Below, piece after piece: positions 59,590-64,000 of a stretch of 64,000 bases of DNA. The stretch lies in IMG/VR virus record IMGVR_UViG_3300032261_000561; one strand, given 5' to 3'. The translations under genes were made by a program, and so were the position numbers. The notes beneath the pieces are model-generated. The model searched no databases. It was not told the origin of the DNA and saw only the letters and a list, made by a program, of their open reading frames with translations. The DNA comes from a virus. Each line of letters begins with the position of its first letter. Position 1 is the first letter of the stretch.

Positions 59590-60054
59590 TCACTCGCTGC
59601 TGATCTCCTCATGCTTGGTCACCATCCCGATCGCGCGCAGCGTCTCGGCCACCGCGATCGCGCTGTTCTTGGACTCGCAGTGGGTGCGGATCGTGTAGGC
59701 GACCTCACCCTCGGTGACCGGCCACCCGGCCAGCACATAGACGCCGGGTATCGGGGTGGGCGGGGGAGGCTCGCACTCCCATTCATGCGCCTCGGCGGAC
59801 GCCACTGCCATCTCCCGCTCGGGATAGGCACCGACCGGGATCCAGCCGTGCTCGCGGTGGCGGGCCCAATGTTGCCACACCGGATCATCGGTGTGGGTGA
59901 GCAGGGCATGACAGTCTGCCGCCCACAGCTGGTCGAGGTGCTTGTAGACGAAGAAATGCCCATCGGGGCCTTCACGCCGGTGGGCCCTGATGTCGCGGCG
60001 CATCTGCTGGGCCAACAGCGAGGTCGGTGAATGCGGGGTCCACAGCAGGGTCAT
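59590..60054 (-). CDS. Hypothetical protein
   Basis: Coupled ORF. Confidence 0.6.
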   Translation of the reverse strand: MTLLWTPHSPTSLLAQQMRRDIRAHRREGPDGHFFVYKHLDQLWAADCHALLTHTDDPVWQHWARHREHGWIPVGAYPEREMAVASAEAHEWECEPPPPTPIPGVYVLAGWPVTEGEVAYTIRTHCESKNSAIAVAETLRAIGMVTKHEEISSE

Positions 60055-60788
60055 GCGGCAATCTGCGGCACCACCACATCCCCCTGAGCCGCGATGAGGC
60101 GCTGGTAGTCACTGAACGTGACATAAAACGAGCCGTTCTGGCCCCAGCTGGAACCCCAGCTGTTGCGGAATTTGAGCAGCTTGGTGACCGGGTTGAAGCC
60201 CAGCGCCAGATATTCGTGGCCACCGGCGATGTTGGAGTCGTCCAGACTGCCCACGATGACCAGGCCGGTGACCGGGTCGGCGTTCTCCATGTCATTGGTC
60301 CAAGCGGTGCCGACCACCACCGGCTGGGTGGCCAGGGCATGCAGCAGCATCTGGAAGCTGAAGGTGTGCTGGTAGTTGCGGACGTAGCCCAGCTGCTGAC
60401 AGGCCTTCACCCCGCCCAGGCCCGAGCTGCCGTCGTCATCGGGCGGGAAGAACCCGGTGGACGAATCGTGCAGCCCGTCCAGATGGGTGGCCAGCCCGTA
60501 GATGTTTAGCGCATCGCCCTCGGTGAACCACTCCTTGTGCAACCGCTGGCGCAGCGGGGCGGCATAACTGGTGTTGAGGAACTGCGCGAAACCATTGCCG
60601 ACGCAGCCGTTGTAGTTCATCTGGTTGAGCGCCGGGGCGTCCATCGCCCACTCCACCGGGTGGGTGGGCAGCGGTGCGGTGGGGGCGAAGGCATAGAGCA
60701 GGGATCGCGAATCGTGTTCAACGTGGCGGCCGAGGCCATGTGCGCGGTTGGGGTCGACGACATCGAGACGTACGACGTGCACGGTCAC
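60051..60788 (-). CDS. Papain-like (C1) cysteine peptidase
   Basis: LNQ...GCVG, GGHEY, RNSWGSSWG. Confidence 0.85.
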   Translation of the reverse strand: MTVHVVRLDVVDPNRAHGLGRHVEHDSRSLLYAFAPTAPLPTHPVEWAMDAPALNQMNYNGCVGNGFAQFLNTSYAAPLRQRLHKEWFTEGDALNIYGLATHLDGLHDSSTGFFPPDDDGSSGLGGVKACQQLGYVRNYQHTFSFQMLLHALATQPVVVGTAWTNDMENADPVTGLVIVGSLDDSNIAGGHEYLALGFNPVTKLLKFRNSWGSSWGQNGSFYVTFSDYQRLIAAQGDVVVPQIAA

Positions 60789-60924
60789 GTAGGCTCCTCG
60801 ATGGTGATCTCGGTCCATTCACAGTCGCGGCGCGGCAGCTGCTCGCCCATGATCTCTTTGGCTTCCTCGGGGCTTTCCGCTTCGATCTCCTCGGTGCCCC
60901 CGACGGCCCAGCCGACCAGGAACT

Positions 60925-61365
60925 TCATGTGATCACTTTGCGAATCGGGTCTTCGTAGAGCTGGCCACCACTGCCCGGGCGCACGTAACCGGCGATGCCG
61001 TCGGCCTGGCCGGTCACCACCTCATGGCGGTATCTATCGTGGTCGGTTTCGCTTTCGGGATCGGTGCGCGCGCAGATGGTCACGGTGGGCAGGTACATGT
61101 TGGTGGAGCTGCCATCGAGGTTGCGGGCCTCGTCCCAGGTGACGCTCACCAGAAAGCCCGCCTCACCGAACAAATCGACAGCGGCGCCGTGGAACTCGTC
61201 CATGGTGCGATCGTCGAAGCGAGTGTTCTCGAAGCGGGCCCGCAGGTCGCGGAATGCGCGGCGGATCTTCGGGATTTCGGAAGGATATGGTTCCGTATCT
61301 GGCAGGGGATCCGGCGCGGGATTGGGTTCGCTACCCAACCGGCGGACAGACTCGGGTCGTGTCAC
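60925..61365 (-). CDS. Hypothetical protein
   Basis: ORF track; ETDHDR motif. Confidence 0.7.
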   Translation of the reverse strand: MTRPESVRRLGSEPNPAPDPLPDTEPYPSEIPKIRRAFRDLRARFENTRFDDRTMDEFHGAAVDLFGEAGFLVSVTWDEARNLDGSSTNMYLPTVTICARTDPESETDHDRYRHEVVTGQADGIAGYVRPGSGGQLYEDPIRKVIT

Positions 61366-61400
61366 GTACCCAACCCTAACGCGGCGGGGGGCTTTCTGGG

Positions 61401-61577
61401 TTAAGTCTCGGCGTGCAACGCCACAATGATGCGACCCTTGCCGTCGGAGCCCTTCTCCACACTGACGTCGGCGGGCGTGTCCTCCCCCATCACCTGCCTA
61501 ACTTCTTCCCACCACGCGGTGGCCTCGTCCAATTTGCACGGGACTACGAGCTGCAAGGTGGTGTAAGTGTCGGCCAT
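61401..61577 (-). CDS. Hypothetical 58-aa protein
   Basis: AAGGAG SD; divergent from 61753. Confidence 0.55.
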   Translation of the reverse strand: MADTYTTLQLVVPCKLDEATAWWEEVRQVMGEDTPADVSVEKGSDGKGRIIVALHAET

Positions 61578-61752
61578 TTGGGACTCCTTGGGCATTAAAG
61601 AGGCGTCCGAGGAGACACACAGTACTCGGACGCCTAGGCCAACAGTAACAGCTGAAGATGTGCGGTGTGACGGCCCCAAAAACGACGTTATACTCTGTAG
61701 GTACATTAGAGCAAGATTGGAAGAGACACATAACCATGACCAAGGCCCCCTG

Positions 61753-62127
61753 ATGTCCATTGCCGACCTCATTCCCCCCGAATACCTCTGGTGCCGAGAC
61801 ATGAAGCACAGCTGGGATCCGGACAGCCTCGTCTCACGCGAACACTTCAACCGACGTGTCGAACGCTGGGAGATCTGGCGTAGTTTCCGCTGCCTGTTCT
61901 GCGGCGGGCACAAGACCCAGAAGCTGACCAAGGCCTACCAGCTGCTGGGCACCAGCTACGAGTACGCGCCCAACTACACCATCGACGGCGGTCCCGGCTA
62001 TCGACTCACGGCCGAGGATCGCGCCCAGATCAGGGCGCTGTCCACCGCGATACGCGGTGGGGTGGAGAAACCCAGCACCGAAGACCGCGCCGAAGCCCGC
62101 AAGACCACACCCAGGAAAAAGCCATGA
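61753..62127 (+). CDS. Zn-binding actinophage protein
   Basis: CRDMKHSW...CLFCG...YEYAPNY. Confidence 0.75.
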   Translation: MSIADLIPPEYLWCRDMKHSWDPDSLVSREHFNRRVERWEIWRSFRCLFCGGHKTQKLTKAYQLLGTSYEYAPNYTIDGGPGYRLTAEDRAQIRALSTAIRGGVEKPSTEDRAEARKTTPRKKP

Positions 62128-62549
62128 AGATCGAGATCAACCCCGCGACCGGACTCATCACCGCCGAGATCGAAGACAACAGCAGCGCGGCCTCCTTCGT
62201 GCGCGAGCTGCTGAGCGGCCACGCGGTCCCCGCGCCCAAGGCGATCGAATCCAAGCGGGTGGCCAAGCCTGCACCGAAGAAGCGTCGCCGCCGGAAACTG
62301 GCGCCGCCGCGCCCCGAGCGTCCGATCTCCAAGCCCCTCGATGAGACTTGGGCCTGGATGGCGGCTGCGGACCGGCCGGAGGGAATCACCGCCCGAGAAA
62401 TCGCGGGGGCGTTCGACCTCACCAACGCCGGTGCAACCTGGCGCATCAACAGGCTGATCGAGCGCGATATGGTGTGGTTGGTCAGCCGTGGACGCTACCG
62501 GGTGGGCTCGGCCCATGACGCCGAAGTCCTACTCAATGGCTCACGCTGA
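62124..62549 (+). CDS. Winged-helix DNA-binding protein
   Basis: GITAREIA...RINRLIERDMV...RGRY. Confidence 0.75.
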   Translation: MKIEINPATGLITAEIEDNSSAASFVRELLSGHAVPAPKAIESKRVAKPAPKKRRRRKLAPPRPERPISKPLDETWAWMAAADRPEGITAREIAGAFDLTNAGATWRINRLIERDMVWLVSRGRYRVGSAHDAEVLLNGSR

Positions 62550-62832
62550 GTGGACGAAGCGGGACTGTGGTGCCGACCAGGCATCCGTGTGATCGCACAT
62601 CTTCCTGGACTTGTTATTGCCCGCTAAGCCGTCGTTCTCAAAGAAGCATTTTCCCTCTCGCGGCACCTCGCTTAACACCTGTGAGGTTACCAGAACAATC
62701 CCACCGTGGAACCTTCCAGACTGGGTTTCAGGCTGACGCCGGTGGTTTTCTCGACATGCTGACAGAACGGCGTGCGCAGCCACAGCGCCCACCACAGGCT
62801 CAACGTCGGGAAGAACGTGGGGCCGTGCTCGG

Positions 62833-63837
62833 TCAGGCCTCGACCAGGAGGCGTTCGCACTTGGCGCACCTCTCGATCATCCGCGCGGTGTCCCAGGCCA
62901 AGCGGCCACCCAACGACTGCAGGCGGCTGCGTGTGTCGTAGGCGTGGACCTGGTTGGCCACCAAGGTCACCGCCTGGGTGACGTCGTAGACGGTGGTGCC
63001 ATCCTCGGGAAGCTGGCGCACCTGCTCGATGACGGCATGCGTGAGAGCGGAGGAGAGCCGGTATTCGTGGGCCAGCTGCTCGGCGAAACTCACCGGATGC
63101 CCGGGGACCGGGATGTCAGCCGTCTGCTTGTAGCGATCCAGATGCTCGTCCATGGTGGAAAGCAGCTCCTCGGCGGCGATCTCCATGGAGGCCAACACCT
63201 CGGGCATGGTCATCCCGGTGATGGTGATCTTCCCGTCGCTCTCCGAGGTGGTCATCCCGTTGGTGCACACCAGCCGGTGGAAGTAGCGCGACACGCTGGG
63301 GGCCTTGACCCGATCGGGATAGGCCAGAAAGCGGATACCGCCCTCGGTGATGTCCCCCACCTCGGGTCGACCGAGGATCCCCTTTGGGTTGGGGACGTCC
63401 ACCTTATGGTCGGCGGTGGTGACGTCGAGGTGGAAGCGTTTCTCCTCGCGGGTGAGCTGGCGGATCTCGTCCTCAGGCTTGAACACGGTTTCCACCAGCT
63501 TGCCAACGCGTGCCACCGGGATCATCATCAGGCCGGGGCTGAACATGCTCACGATGCCATTGTCGACGGACTCCAACACCACGTCGGCCCGGGCTTTTTG
63601 GTCCCGCCAGAATTTCAGTGTCTCGGCGCGAAAATCGGGCGGGCAGTCCCGAAGATACTGCACCGGCAGCTTGAGATAACGGGCCAGAATGTTGAGCGCC
63701 TGCTCGTCAAGCGCGAACTGCCCGTCGTTAATCGTGATCGTCGAACAGTCGTCCGCGATGGCCAGATCGCCCAGCCGTACGATCCGGCGTGTCTCTTGAC
63801 GTTTGGCCAGGCTCTCCGCTAATTCGGCCACCTTCAT
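62833..63837 (-). CDS. DUF932/DUF945-like phage protein
   Basis: LKLPVQYL...RLVCTNGM; AGGAGACACAC-ATG. Confidence 0.7.
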   Translation of the reverse strand: MKVAELAESLAKRQETRRIVRLGDLAIADDCSTITINDGQFALDEQALNILARYLKLPVQYLRDCPPDFRAETLKFWRDQKARADVVLESVDNGIVSMFSPGLMMIPVARVGKLVETVFKPEDEIRQLTREEKRFHLDVTTADHKVDVPNPKGILGRPEVGDITEGGIRFLAYPDRVKAPSVSRYFHRLVCTNGMTTSESDGKITITGMTMPEVLASMEIAAEELLSTMDEHLDRYKQTADIPVPGHPVSFAEQLAHEYRLSSALTHAVIEQVRQLPEDGTTVYDVTQAVTLVANQVHAYDTRSRLQSLGGRLAWDTARMIERCAKCERLLVEA

Positions 63838-64000
63838 GTGTGTCTCCTCGAAGCGTTGGGGGAAAGTTGGGCGAAGATTTCACTATAGTCCTCGGCCGGT
63901 AAATGGACACACCTTCAGCCGGGTCGACGCGGTGCTCGCAGGCCACAGCCAGCAACAGGAAGCGGCACGGCCGGTAATGCCAGCCGTCGGTGCGCCTGCA

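Larger units (their letters stand above)
1..64000 (-). mobile_element. Segment of a large actinobacteriophage genome (probable mycobacteriophage, free or prophage)
   Basis: Terminase, holin, lysin, tail genes, WhiB, many small co-oriented ORFs with overlapping start/stop codons; no host housekeeping genes. Confidence 0.93.

Overview
The window is a GC-rich, densely packed segment read almost entirely on the minus strand. It most likely comes from a large actinobacteriophage with a Mycobacterium-type host (WhiB, DUF732-like and CDGP-like secreted proteins, DUF1906 lysin). Layout: 1-10.4 kb early/accessory genes (DUF932-like, LPD29-like, HAD phosphatase, SprT-like protease, TGT/DpdA-like, WhiB); 10.7-27.3 kb late module (terminase, holin, lysin, tail proteins) with enzyme 'cargo' genes interleaved; 27.7-64 kb glycosyltransferases, a TOPRIM protein, HNH and GIY-YIG nucleases, HTH regulators, a papain-like protease and many small hypothetical ORFs. 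Top finding: a 1134-aa protein with two GNAT and four ADP-ribosyltransferase-like domains whose boundaries coincide with (R/K)-x-A motifs. A neighbouring zeta-toxin protein and a 67-aa protein carry similar motifs and a shared leader, which suggests a head-packaged, protease-processed effector polyprotein system. Second finding: a multi-tier regulatory grammar made of eight ECF-sigma-like promoters (GGAAT-N18/19-GTY) with a palindromic operator in the spacer, SigA-like promoters with 11-bp direct repeats, a candidate late motif and a GGAGACACAC start-associated sequence. All family calls come from motif recognition by eye; no database search was run. No tRNA, rRNA, CRISPR array or integrase was seen.
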